From contig CACKSF010000002.1 of assembly GCA_902602795.1 (NCBI GenBank), positions 1 through 62,059 of the forward strand: DNA of 62,059 nucleotides, given 5' to 3'. Position 1 is the first letter of the stretch. Each line of letters begins with the position of its first letter. Positions 30,044-39,525 of this stretch are shown piece after piece. This stretch comes from an uncultured Fidelibacterota bacterium (GTDB lineage: Bacteria > Fidelibacterota > Marinisomatia > Marinisomatales > UBA1611). The notes below the pieces were generated by a model that worked only from the letters and a program-made list of their open reading frames with translations, made no database searches and was not told the DNA's origin. Position numbers and translations under genes: made by a program.

Positions 30044-32083
30044 TTAAAATGTTTGAATAATCATTAAAATGATTAAACCGCACGTGACATACAAAACATA
30101 ATTTTGCAACTTACCTGTTTGAACCGTTTTTAATAGACTTCCTAAAAAATTAGCTATTTTAGCAGTACCATCGACAAGCACCTGGTCAATACCATCATAA
30201 TCAAACTTCCCAGCTACCCTGCTTGCTAAATTTGTAAGCCTACCAAAACCATTAATAAAATATTTATCATAAAGTTCCCAATCGACCCAAGCTACTTTTT
30301 TTGCAAGGCGCAACGTAGGCTGATATAAATACTTGTTGTAATTTTCATCAAAATAATATTTATTTTGGCTCCAACGATACAAGAGCCTCAATCTTTTTGA
30401 CCAAGCTTCAGCAGATAAGGATTTTTTGATATAAAAAGTCCATGATAAGAAAATTCCAATAAATGCAACTGCGATAGATAAATACATTGCTAAGTGATGG
30501 GCGTGATGTGCTCCTTTTGAAATATAATCTGCAGAGGGGTTACCTGGAACCGATGAATCTTTTGGAACAACAAGATCTGTAAACCAACCATGACTAGACA
30601 TAAAATTAAAATAAGGTAGGGTATACCAAATAAAAAAGCTAAGCCCTCCCAATAAAACCAACGGACCAGTCATTATTTTTGGAGATTCATGAATGTCATC
30701 TATTAATTCAGGCATTTGCGATTTTCCGTAAAAAGTTAAAAACATCATTCTGAACATGTAAAACGCTGTAATTAAGGCCGCACCAAAGCCAAAAACAGGT
30801 AATAAAAAATGTTGAGGATGGTGCTGCGCGAAGGATAACGTTCCTGCAAGAATTGCATCTTTAGATAAAAATCCTGAGAAAAATGGAACACCAGCTATGG
30901 CTAAAGTGCTAAGGAACATAGACCAATGCGTAATAGGCATTTTTTTTCTAAAACCTCCCATATTCATCATATCTTGGGGATCTGTATCATGGTCATGTTT
31001 TTCATGCAAGGCATGATGCATAGAGTGAATAACTGAACCTGAGCCATAAAACAAGTTTGCCTTAAACATTGCATGGGTTAGCAAATGAAAAAAAGCTGCA
31101 GTATAAACCCCTGTACCTACAGCTAAAATCATATAACCGAGCTGACTTACAGTAGAATATGCTAAAACTTTTTTAATATCTCTCTGCGTAATAGCAATAC
31201 TAGCGGCGAATAATGCTGTAAAACCTCCTACATAGGCTACAACTAATAAAGCATCTGGAGTTAGAATTGGGAAAATTCTAACAGCAAGATAAACACCGGC
31301 TGCAACCATTGTAGCTGCATGCATGAGAGCGGATACAGGAGTTGGTCCCTCCATAGCGTCGGGAAGCCAAATATGAAGTGGAAATTGAGAAGATTTACCC
31401 ATTGCTCCCATAAATAAACCAACACCCGCAAGAGTAAGAGTTGTACCAGTAATCATTTCTGAAGCAACACCATTGAAAATATCGCCAAATGCGAAAGAAC
31501 CTATGGCATTATAAATAAGCATAATTCCAATGAAAAAGCCGATGTCTCCTACCCTATTTGTAAGGAAAGCTTTTTTACTGGCATCTGCAGCAGATTTTTT
31601 TTCAAACCAATGACCAATAAGTAAGTACGAACTAACTCCTACAAGCTCCCAAAACATGTACATAGATATTAGATTATTAGCAAGGACAATACCATTCATT
31701 GAAAAGGTAAAAAGACCAAGATAAGCAAAATAACGAGAGTATCTAATGTCTCCTTTTAAGTATTCTGTTGAAAAAAGATGAGTACATGTAGAAATAAGAG
31801 TGACCACTAAAAGCATTATAATTGTCAAATTATCTACCAGAAAACCTAGCCTAATTTTGAATTCACCCATATCAATCCAAGTAAACGAGGCTTCCTGCTT
31901 AAAATTAGGATCGTAACCTGAAATCATGGATGCAAACATAATAACAGCCAATACTAAAGAAGATACAATTGCTAAAATAGAAACCCAATCACCTTGCCTA
32001 GGAAGTTTTTTACCAAAAAATATTTGTATTACAAAAGCAAGCAACGGTAAGAATAATATATATAAGGAATAATCAATGAACAT
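30044..32083 (-). CDS. nuoL: NDH-1 subunit L
   Basis: 679 aa antiporter-like subunit (HIWLPDAMEGPTPVSALMHAATMV) with the long C-terminal lateral-helix region. Confidence 0.94.
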   Translation of the reverse strand: MFIDYSLYILFLPLLAFVIQIFFGKKLPRQGDWVSILAIVSSLVLAVIMFASMISGYDPNFKQEASFTWIDMGEFKIRLGFLVDNLTIIMLLVVTLISTCTHLFSTEYLKGDIRYSRYFAYLGLFTFSMNGIVLANNLISMYMFWELVGVSSYLLIGHWFEKKSAADASKKAFLTNRVGDIGFFIGIMLIYNAIGSFAFGDIFNGVASEMITGTTLTLAGVGLFMGAMGKSSQFPLHIWLPDAMEGPTPVSALMHAATMVAAGVYLAVRIFPILTPDALLVVAYVGGFTALFAASIAITQRDIKKVLAYSTVSQLGYMILAVGTGVYTAAFFHLLTHAMFKANLFYGSGSVIHSMHHALHEKHDHDTDPQDMMNMGGFRKKMPITHWSMFLSTLAIAGVPFFSGFLSKDAILAGTLSFAQHHPQHFLLPVFGFGAALITAFYMFRMMFLTFYGKSQMPELIDDIHESPKIMTGPLVLLGGLSFFIWYTLPYFNFMSSHGWFTDLVVPKDSSVPGNPSADYISKGAHHAHHLAMYLSIAVAFIGIFLSWTFYIKKSLSAEAWSKRLRLLYRWSQNKYYFDENYNKYLYQPTLRLAKKVAWVDWELYDKYFINGFGRLTNLASRVAGKFDYDGIDQVLVDGTAKIANFLGSLLKTVQTGKLQNYVLYVTCGLIILMIIQTF

Positions 32084-32087
32084 ATCT

Positions 32088-32393
32088 TTATTCCTTTAGC
32101 AATGCCGCGTCATCAACATTAATCGTATGCAAGTTGTTGTAAATATTAATTACAATAGCTAGGGCCACAGCGGCCTCAGCTGCGGCCAATACAATAACAA
32201 ATAGACTGAAAATATGTCCATCCATATTCATGCCTCCAAACCGTGAAAATGCAACAAAATTAATATTTGCGGCATTTAAAATCAATTCCACACCCATTAA
32301 GACTGCTATACCGTTCCTTCTTGTCATGACAGCAAAAGTCCCGAGCGAAAAAAGGATAGCTGATATGTAAAGATAATTATTCAGCTGATCCAT
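32088..32393 (-). CDS. nuoK: NDH-1 subunit K
   Basis: 101 aa, 3 TM, with the conserved GVELILNAANINF and AAAEAAV blocks. Confidence 0.93.
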   Translation of the reverse strand: MDQLNNYLYISAILFSLGTFAVMTRRNGIAVLMGVELILNAANINFVAFSRFGGMNMDGHIFSLFVIVLAAAEAAVALAIVINIYNNLHTINVDDAALLKE

Positions 32394-32887
32394 TAAGTAG
32401 CCTCTCTCGATAAAAGAGCTGCGCCAATGAGAGCACCAAGCAACAATAGGGAGATTGCCTCAAATGGTAGAAGGTATTTACTCAGAAGAAGAGTTCCGAT
32501 TACACTTACAGTCTCTGAGGGTTCAGAGGACTCAATTTGTAACCAGGGAGTTTTAGAAATCACAAGAGAGATTAAAATCATTAACCACAATGCGATTACC
32601 GCACCGACTCCTTGCTGGACATTCGTCTGAGAAAGACGCACAGAAGAAATTTTATTCGTAAGCATTATTCCAAAAATTATCAGTACATTTATCCCTCCTA
32701 TATAAACTATAAGTTGAATACCCGCAATAAAATCAGCCCATAGAAAAATATAAAGACCAGCCACGCCAAAAAGAGAAAAAAGCAATGCTATTGCAGAATA
32801 AAGCAATTGATTGTTCAGCACTACGAATGAGGCAGATATAATAGTAAAAGCGGCTACAAGCCAAAAAACAATTTCAGCTACAGGCAT
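32393..32887 (-). CDS. nuoJ: NDH-1 subunit J
   Basis: 164 aa membrane subunit, identified by position and family pattern (VYIGGINVLIIFGIML). Confidence 0.88.
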   Translation of the reverse strand: MPVAEIVFWLVAAFTIISASFVVLNNQLLYSAIALLFSLFGVAGLYIFLWADFIAGIQLIVYIGGINVLIIFGIMLTNKISSVRLSQTNVQQGVGAVIALWLMILISLVISKTPWLQIESSEPSETVSVIGTLLLSKYLLPFEAISLLLLGALIGAALLSREAT

Positions 32888-32889
32888 TA

Positions 32890-33471
32890 TTAAGCTTCAG
32901 CTTCTCTATTATTAAGCATTTCCTGCAATCCATCTTTCGTACCAGGTTTAGAAAAATGGTATATTAAATCCGTGCGCTCAGGTTCAGAGAATTCATAATC
33001 AATTGAATGTCTGCTCTCGTTAGGACCTCCTGTCATAAAAATGCATTCTTCAGGACAAGGATAGGTACACAGGTTGCAATAACAACACTCTGACATGTCA
33101 ATATCAAACCGGGTTACCACTAGAGCTTTTTTTGTACTATTAGATGTGATACCTATGTGATTAATATCTTTTATATCCTCTCCTCTATTAGGAGATTTTT
33201 CTGTTTCAATTTTAATACAATCAACAGGACAAGCTCTTTCACATTTTAAGCACCCTATACAATCATCAATATCCACATGCAACCTTGACCTAATTACATT
33301 GTAGCTACCATGTTCAAAACCAATAGTCCTCTCTGGTCTTGGCCACCTTTCTTCTGGGTACTGCAAAGTTGCAATGCCTTTTTTTGCCCGAAACAAATGA
33401 TTAATTGTTAAATACATACCGCTTAAAATTGCAGTTGTTGAATTGTAAATATCAGCAAAATACTTTACCAT
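32890..33471 (-). CDS. nuoI: NDH-1 subunit I (2x[4Fe-4S] ferredoxin-type)
   Basis: 193 aa with two CxxCxxCxxxCP motifs (CIGCLKCERACP and CCYCNLCTYPCP) separated by an unusually long insert. Confidence 0.92.
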   Translation of the reverse strand: MVKYFADIYNSTTAILSGMYLTINHLFRAKKGIATLQYPEERWPRPERTIGFEHGSYNVIRSRLHVDIDDCIGCLKCERACPVDCIKIETEKSPNRGEDIKDINHIGITSNSTKKALVVTRFDIDMSECCYCNLCTYPCPEECIFMTGGPNESRHSIDYEFSEPERTDLIYHFSKPGTKDGLQEMLNNREAEA

Positions 33472-33475
33472 TAGA

Positions 33476-34549
33476 TTAACCTCTTAACACTGTCCAAATT
33501 GAAACTCCAAAAATATTAAATAAACCAATTGGAATAAATACCTTCCAACACAAATGCATAAGCTGATCAACACGCAATCTTGGAACTGTCCACCTTACCC
33601 AAATCATAACAAATACTAAAAAGAACGCCTTACTGATCATCCAAAAAACACTCCACGCAGGAGTATTTAAAAAATTTGGAAATGGACTTTGCCAACCGCC
33701 TAAAAAGGCAGTAGCTGCAACTGCACTGATAACAAACATGTTAACATATTCGCTTAAGAAAAAGAATGCATAACGCGCACCCGAGTATTCTGTGACAAAT
33801 CCAGCAACTAATTCTGATTCAGACTCCGGGAGGTCAAAAGGAGTTCTATTTGTCTCTGCAAGAGCACTAATAAAAAAAATAATAAATGCTATTGGCATAA
33901 AAGGATTATCAAAAATTATCCAATTAAAAATCCCTCCTGATTGGTATGATATAATTTCCTGCATGCTCAAAGAGCTAGCTAAAAGAATCACAACAATCAA
34001 AGATAAACCTGCTGGTATTTCATAACTAATTATCTGTGCAGCAGATCGCATGCCTCCATACAGAGCCCATTTATTATTGGATGACCATCCAGCTAATATC
34101 AAGGCAATAACAGCTAAACTTCCTATTCCTAAAATATAGAAAATACCAATATTCATGTCGCTAATAATAATAGCTTCACCAAACGGTATTGCGATTATTC
34201 CCACAAACATTCCTATAAAAATCAAAAATGGAGCAAGTATAAAAAGAGGCCTATCCGCCGTTGCTGGAATAATATCCTCTTTAAAAAATAAATGCAATCC
34301 ATCTGCAACAGGCTGCAAGAGACCCCATTTCCCAGCATGAAAACCATACCCTTGACCCATAGGTCCCGTTTTGTCCTGAATAAAGGAAGAAACTTTTAAT
34401 TCCGCATAAATCACGCCGAAGCCATATATGGTTATGAACCCAAATAATGCAAAAAAGGGTAGTAACATTGCTAAAATAAGTAGAAGATCATTGCCCAAAA
34501 ACCCCGGCAATAAATCGTTCAAAAAGTTGTAAATAAAATCAACAGTCAT
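33476..34549 (-). CDS. nuoH: NDH-1 subunit H
   Basis: 357 aa (RTPFDLPESESELVAGF motif). Its ATG overlaps the nuoD stop by 4 nt, leaving no room for nuoEFG. Confidence 0.94.
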   Translation of the reverse strand: MTVDFIYNFLNDLLPGFLGNDLLLILAMLLPFFALFGFITIYGFGVIYAELKVSSFIQDKTGPMGQGYGFHAGKWGLLQPVADGLHLFFKEDIIPATADRPLFILAPFLIFIGMFVGIIAIPFGEAIIISDMNIGIFYILGIGSLAVIALILAGWSSNNKWALYGGMRSAAQIISYEIPAGLSLIVVILLASSLSMQEIISYQSGGIFNWIIFDNPFMPIAFIIFFISALAETNRTPFDLPESESELVAGFVTEYSGARYAFFFLSEYVNMFVISAVAATAFLGGWQSPFPNFLNTPAWSVFWMISKAFFLVFVMIWVRWTVPRLRVDQLMHLCWKVFIPIGLFNIFGVSIWTVLRG

Positions 34550-35667
34550 CTATCAATCTCACCCAAAACAATGTCGAGACTACCTAAAATAGCCAAAACA
34601 TCAGAAAGCAACCACCCAGCTCCTATCTCATCCATTACAGAGAGAGCAGTAAAGGCAGGAGAGCGCATTTTTAAGCGATATGGTATAGGAGACCCATCAC
34701 TTTCAATGTAATATCCAAGATCACCACGCGGGGTCTCTGTTCTACTGTAGATAGAACCTTTTGGTGGTCTTAGCTTCTTTGGAAGTGACTGATGCACGTC
34801 GCCATCTTTTGGCATACTGGCAAGTGCTTGCCTTATAATTTTAACACTTTCACGTATTTCAAGAATTCTGACATAAAACCTGTCCCAACAATCACCAACA
34901 GTACCCTTAATCCCTTCACCTACTGGAACATTGAACTCGAAACGATCATAAATAGAGTAAGGATCGTTTTTTCTTAAATCCCAATTTACACCCGAAGCCC
35001 TAAGATTAGGCCCAGTGACTCCATAACTAATTGCAACGTCCTTTGGCATAACACCTATATCGGCCGATCTCTCAACTAATATTTTATTATGGGCAAGAAT
35101 ATTTTCAAGTTCATCTACTTTTGGCTCAAAATAATCCAAAAACTCATAAGTAGATTCAACAAAACCATTAGGGATATCATGGCTCAATCCACCTACCCAC
35201 ATGTAGTTGTACAACAACCTAGCACCACAGGTAAGTTCGAATAAATCCAAAATTCTTTCTCGGTCTCTTAACGCCCAAAGAAAAGGAGTGAACGCACCCA
35301 AATCAAGACCGAAAACACCAGTACACAAAAGATGACTCGCTATGCGTTGTAACTCAGCCATTGTAACTCTAATGTGCTCAACTCTTTCATTAACTTTAAT
35401 ATCCATTAACTCTTCCATAGCAACAACATAACCAAAATTCATGGACATTGAAGATAAATAATCGCAACGATCTGTAAAGGGAATCACCTGCTCATAAGTA
35501 ACATTCTCGCAATGCTTTTCAAAGCATCTGTGCAAATAACCCATGTACGGAGTTATTTGAGATACAACTTCACCATCAGTTTTAACTTGCAGCCTAAGCA
35601 CACCATGAGTGGCTGGATGCTGAGGTCCTATATTTAGGACCATCTCTTCACCTCGAACTATTCCCAT
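34546..35667 (-). CDS. nuoD: NDH-1 subunit D (49-kDa/NiFe-hydrogenase-large-subunit-like)
   Basis: 373 aa (LNIGPQHPATHGVLRL, ETPRGDLGYY, DIVLGEIDR). It has a short N-terminus and a shortened loop before the PPKG segment compared with the Thermus Nqo4 sequence as I recall it. Confidence 0.93.
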   Translation of the reverse strand: MGIVRGEEMVLNIGPQHPATHGVLRLQVKTDGEVVSQITPYMGYLHRCFEKHCENVTYEQVIPFTDRCDYLSSMSMNFGYVVAMEELMDIKVNERVEHIRVTMAELQRIASHLLCTGVFGLDLGAFTPFLWALRDRERILDLFELTCGARLLYNYMWVGGLSHDIPNGFVESTYEFLDYFEPKVDELENILAHNKILVERSADIGVMPKDVAISYGVTGPNLRASGVNWDLRKNDPYSIYDRFEFNVPVGEGIKGTVGDCWDRFYVRILEIRESVKIIRQALASMPKDGDVHQSLPKKLRPPKGSIYSRTETPRGDLGYYIESDGSPIPYRLKMRSPAFTALSVMDEIGAGWLLSDVLAILGSLDIVLGEIDR

Positions 35668-36365
35668 CCTTCCTTCACTTTTGGAACAACAATACCGTGA
35701 TAGGTCTCCTGCTCCTGATAATCTTTACGTAATGGCCAGCCTTCCCAATCATCTGGCAATAAAATTCTTCTCAAATCTCTATGCCCGACAAATTCAATAC
35801 CGAGCATATCATAGGTCTCCCTCTCAAACCAATCTGCTATTCTCCAAATTTGCTCTACAGAGGGAATTTTTGGACTAGACCTTGAGACAGCTATTCTAAT
35901 TTCGACATAATGATCATGTTTCATTGAATGAAGGTTGTATCGAGACTCTAAATTTTCTTCTCCAATGTCAACCCCCATCTGACACTGCAAAGAGTCGAAA
36001 AATAAAGACTCTTCTTTTCTTAACCAGGATGCTATTTCAAACCATTTTTGAGGGTAAAGCTGGATAAAATCATCTCCATCAATTGTAGAGCCAGGAAACT
36101 CATTCTCAACCATATCTTTGACTTTTTGATTTACATTCTTATTTACTTCAACAGGAGCAGTTTCTTTTGGCAAAACCTCAGAAACGACGGATGAAACAGC
36201 CTCCGGCAAAGGTGGACGCTCTGCAGTTCCTTTCCCGACCTTAACAATCATTGCCTTAGCCTTAGCTCGAATCATCCTGTCTTCGCAGGCGTTCACTGCA
36301 TCCATATCGCCGTCCAGGCCTTTATTAACAAGCTCAGCTATAAGCTTTTCTTTACTATCTGTCAT
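35658..36365 (-). CDS. nuoC: NDH-1 subunit C (30-kDa) with a ~80-residue N-terminal extension
   Basis: 235 aa. The C-terminal ~155 aa are canonical NuoC ([36 protein letters not shown]). The first ~80 aa (Ala/Lys-rich helix plus a Pro-rich linker) have no canonical counterpart. Confidence 0.9.
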   Translation of the reverse strand: MTDSKEKLIAELVNKGLDGDMDAVNACEDRMIRAKAKAMIVKVGKGTAERPPLPEAVSSVVSEVLPKETAPVEVNKNVNQKVKDMVENEFPGSTIDGDDFIQLYPQKWFEIASWLRKEESLFFDSLQCQMGVDIGEENLESRYNLHSMKHDHYVEIRIAVSRSSPKIPSVEQIWRIADWFERETYDMLGIEFVGHRDLRRILLPDDWEGWPLRKDYQEQETYHGIVVPKVKEGWE

Positions 36366-36853
36366 GTCATTTTTCTAGTAAGGGGTCTCTCTTCAAGAAT
36401 CTGTTCCTGAAGTTTTAACATACCTTCAATCAAGGATTCTGGTCTTGGGGGGCATCCTGGAACATAAACATCAACTGGAATGACAATATCTACTCCTTTA
36501 AGGACATGATAACCGTGCTGCCAATAAGGTCCTCCACTGGTCGCACAAGATCCCATGGCAATAACATATTTTGGGTCAGCCATTTGTTCGTAGAGTTTTT
36601 TGACTCTAATTGCCATTTTCATAGTAACAGTCCCAGCAACAATCATTACATCTGCTTGCCTAGGGGATGATCGTGGGATTGCTCCAATTCTCATCATATC
36701 ATGTCTACTGGCCGCAGCGGCCATCATTTCAATTGCACAGCATGCGGTGCCAAACTGAAAAAACCACGGACTAGTTGAACGACTCCAACTTAGTAATTTA
36801 TCTAACTTCTCTACTATTACATTATCTTGAAATTTATTTGTTAATAACCCCAT
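36362..36853 (-). CDS. nuoB: NDH-1 subunit B (N2 cluster, PSST)
   Basis: 163 aa ([30 protein letters not shown]). Confidence 0.95.
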   Translation of the reverse strand: MGLLTNKFQDNVIVEKLDKLLSWSRSTSPWFFQFGTACCAIEMMAAAASRHDMMRIGAIPRSSPRQADVMIVAGTVTMKMAIRVKKLYEQMADPKYVIAMGSCATSGGPYWQHGYHVLKGVDIVIPVDVYVPGCPPRPESLIEGMLKLQEQILEERPLTRKMT

Positions 36854-37270
36854 TTATTTTTCCTGTCTCATTGCAATTTTTTGATACCTTCCTGAACCAT
36901 AGCGTACAGTTCTTTTAATCCAATCCAAGTCCGATTTTACCCAAACGTAGGCAAGGCCAACGATGAGAATTGAAAGAAAAATTCCCATTTCAACTAAAGC
37001 GACCATTCCCATGTCCTTAAAAACAACAGCCCATGGAAATAGAAAAACAACTTCTACATCAAAAATAAGAAATATTAATGCAATTACATAAAATCTAACA
37101 TTAAACTGCAGCCAAGCTGAACCTTCAACAACCTCACCGCATTCATAAGTCTGAAGTTTCTCAGCAGTTTTATTGGATGGAGCAACGAGCCATTGAAGTA
37201 TCAAGGGGACACAAACAAAAACTATAGCAACCGAAGCCGCGAGTAAAACTGTTCCGAAATCTCTGTACAT
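36854..37270 (-). CDS. nuoA: NDH-1 subunit A
   Basis: 138 aa, 3 TM (YECGE, FLIFDVEVVFLFPWA). It is the first gene of the cluster and is preceded by a 151-nt divergent spacer. Confidence 0.93.
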   Translation of the reverse strand: MYRDFGTVLLAASVAIVFVCVPLILQWLVAPSNKTAEKLQTYECGEVVEGSAWLQFNVRFYVIALIFLIFDVEVVFLFPWAVVFKDMGMVALVEMGIFLSILIVGLAYVWVKSDLDWIKRTVRYGSGRYQKIAMRQEK

Positions 37271-37421
37271 AACTTTATAATTAATGAAGGCTATTTAGCT
37301 AGCTAATTTAGTTTCTGATTTTTTACAGATCAAATCAAACTTAACATGCATATTTGTAATTAATTTTTATCATATTTTTAATTTTATTGATCTGAGATTA
37401 CCGTTTCATATAATTTATTGT

Positions 37422-38324
37422 ATGAATTTATTTAATACTTTTATTATGAAGGCAGTCTCCCATCTACCGAAATGGTTTGCAACACCTTTTGCTAAACCAT
37501 ATGTAGCAGGAGAAACTACTCAAGAGGCTTTAAAAAATGTATCAAAACTAAACCAAAAAGGTTTCAGAGCTACTCTAGATATTTTGGGTGAACATGTGCT
37601 TTCCAGCAATTTCGCAAAGAACATAACTAATCAGTACTGCAATCTATACAAACAAATTAGTGATGAGAAATTGAACTGTACCATATCAGTTAAGCCATCC
37701 CATATTGGGCTTAATATTTCTTATTCTGAAGCATTGCAAAATTTGAAATTAATTTCTCAACGAGCAAAAGATCTAAATAACTTTTTAAGAATTGACATGG
37801 AAAATTCTCTATTAACGGACCAGACATTTAAGTTGCTAAATGAATGCAAAAGTATTACCAAAAATATAGGAGTTGCTGTTCAAGCGTATCTTTTTAGAAG
37901 CCTAAATGATGTAAATACTCTAGCAGACTCAGAATTTAATGCAAGGATATGTAAGGGGATTTACAAAGAAAATTCTTCAGTTGCATTCAATGACAGATTA
38001 GATATAAAAAACAATTTTATGTTAATAGCAAAAAGTTTGGTTGCGAAAGGATCTTTCGCTGGGTATGCAACCCATGACCAAGAATTAATCGATGAATTAA
38101 TTAACTGGATTCAGACAGAAAAAATACCTAAGGAGCGATTTGAATTTCAAACTCTTTTCGGAGTACCTATGGATGGTAGACTAGAGGAACTAATCAATGA
38201 AGGCTATGCAGTAAGAATTTATGTTCCTTTCGGGCCTGACTGGTTTGACTACTCAATAAGGAGATTAAAAGAGAACCCCGATATTGCCAAATATGTAATG
38301 AAAAATTTTTTCAAAAATGGATAA
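37422..38324 (+). CDS. Proline dehydrogenase (monofunctional PRODH family)
   Basis: 300 aa with the family pattern ATLDILGEHV, VKPSHIGL, LRIDMENS, YVPFGPDWFDYSIRRLKENP. Confidence 0.8.
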   Translation: MNLFNTFIMKAVSHLPKWFATPFAKPYVAGETTQEALKNVSKLNQKGFRATLDILGEHVLSSNFAKNITNQYCNLYKQISDEKLNCTISVKPSHIGLNISYSEALQNLKLISQRAKDLNNFLRIDMENSLLTDQTFKLLNECKSITKNIGVAVQAYLFRSLNDVNTLADSEFNARICKGIYKENSSVAFNDRLDIKNNFMLIAKSLVAKGSFAGYATHDQELIDELINWIQTEKIPKERFEFQTLFGVPMDGRLEELINEGYAVRIYVPFGPDWFDYSIRRLKENPDIAKYVMKNFFKNG

Positions 38325-38724
38325 CAATCACATAATTAAAATCCTAAAGTTGAAATATATCGCTATTGTTGGGCTTAGTAACAAACAACATAAACCAAGT
38401 TATCAAATTTTTAAATATTTAAATCGTAATGGGTATGATACCATTCCAGTTAACCCTAACTACCGCATTATTGAAAATAAAGAATGTTACTCAGATCTTG
38501 ATTCAGTTAATAGACCGGTGGATACAATCAATATTTTTCGTAAGTCTGAATATGTACTTCCTATAATTCAATCAGCTATTGCAATAAATGCCAAAGCAAT
38601 TTGGATGCAAGATGGAGTAATAGATAAGGAGGCCTGCAGAGTTGCAAAAAATGCAGGTTTGTTAGTTGTTATGGATGATTGTATTCTTCGCCAACATCAT
38701 AAACTGTCTGTTTTTTTAAATTAA
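38317..38724 (+). CDS. CoA-binding domain protein (YccU/YneT-like)
   Basis: 135 aa with IAIVGLSNKQHKPSYQIFKYL..GYDTIPVNP, the typical CoA_binding_2 fold signature. Confidence 0.75.
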   Translation: MDNNHIIKILKLKYIAIVGLSNKQHKPSYQIFKYLNRNGYDTIPVNPNYRIIENKECYSDLDSVNRPVDTINIFRKSEYVLPIIQSAIAINAKAIWMQDGVIDKEACRVAKNAGLLVVMDDCILRQHHKLSVFLN

Positions 38725-39509
38725 TGAATTTTAGCTTTCTTAGAAAAGAATATCAAGACAATGGTTTCTGTATTATTAGGAATGTAGTTGATTCTGAATC
38801 AGCAAAGCAAATTGTAACACATGTTAAATGGCTAAGAATAAAATATCCTAATACTAGGCCTGAAGCTTTTCACCATCACATGCTCATAAATGAGCCGTTT
38901 ATACATCATCTACTTGAAAATAAAAAAATCCTAGATATCGTTGAAAAAATCATCGGACCTAACATTGCGCTATTTGGTGCTCACTACATTGCTAAAAAGC
39001 CGATTGATGGAATGCCTGTTGGGTGGCATCAAGATGGGTCCTATTGGCCACTTGAACCCATGAAAGTTGTATCTGTCTGGCTTGCAGGAACACACTCAAA
39101 AAAGAATAATGGCTGTATGCAATTAATTCCGGGGACGCATAAAAAACGTCTATATAAACCATCAGAAATGAAAAAAATGGATTCAAATAAATACGTGCTA
39201 GACTTAGCTATTGACCCTAAAAATTTAGATAAATCTAAAGCAGTTGATATAGAATTAAATCCAGGTGACATTTCAATTCATAATCCATTTATTATACATG
39301 GTTCAAATGCAAATAAATCGAAAACATGGAGAATTGGGCTTACTCTAAGGTATATTCCTACTTCAACATTTGTAAATAGAAATAATTGGAAATGTGTCTT
39401 TTTGCGAGGTGAAATAAATAGAAACGTAAAAAACACCTATGTGAAGAGACCGATATTTAAAAAAGAAGTTCACATGGCATTTGATTCAATGAATAATTTT
39501 AAAAAATAA
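38724..39509 (+). CDS. Phytanoyl-CoA dioxygenase (PhyH) family Fe(II)/2-oxoglutarate oxygenase
   Basis: 261 aa with the WHQDGSYWPL (HxD) motif, a distal His (IHGSNAN) and an Arg (LTLRYIP). Confidence 0.8.
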   Translation: MNFSFLRKEYQDNGFCIIRNVVDSESAKQIVTHVKWLRIKYPNTRPEAFHHHMLINEPFIHHLLENKKILDIVEKIIGPNIALFGAHYIAKKPIDGMPVGWHQDGSYWPLEPMKVVSVWLAGTHSKKNNGCMQLIPGTHKKRLYKPSEMKKMDSNKYVLDLAIDPKNLDKSKAVDIELNPGDISIHNPFIIHGSNANKSKTWRIGLTLRYIPTSTFVNRNNWKCVFLRGEINRNVKNTYVKRPIFKKEVHMAFDSMNNFKK

Positions 39510-39525
39510 ATTTTTACTTTATTTA

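Noticed and set aside
37295-37306. Perfect 12-bp palindrome TTAGCTAGCTAA 25 nt upstream of the nuoA start, considered as a possible operator.
   Set aside because: In 62 kb of AT-rich sequence, several perfect 12-bp palindromes are expected by chance, and there is no second copy or flanking half-site pattern.
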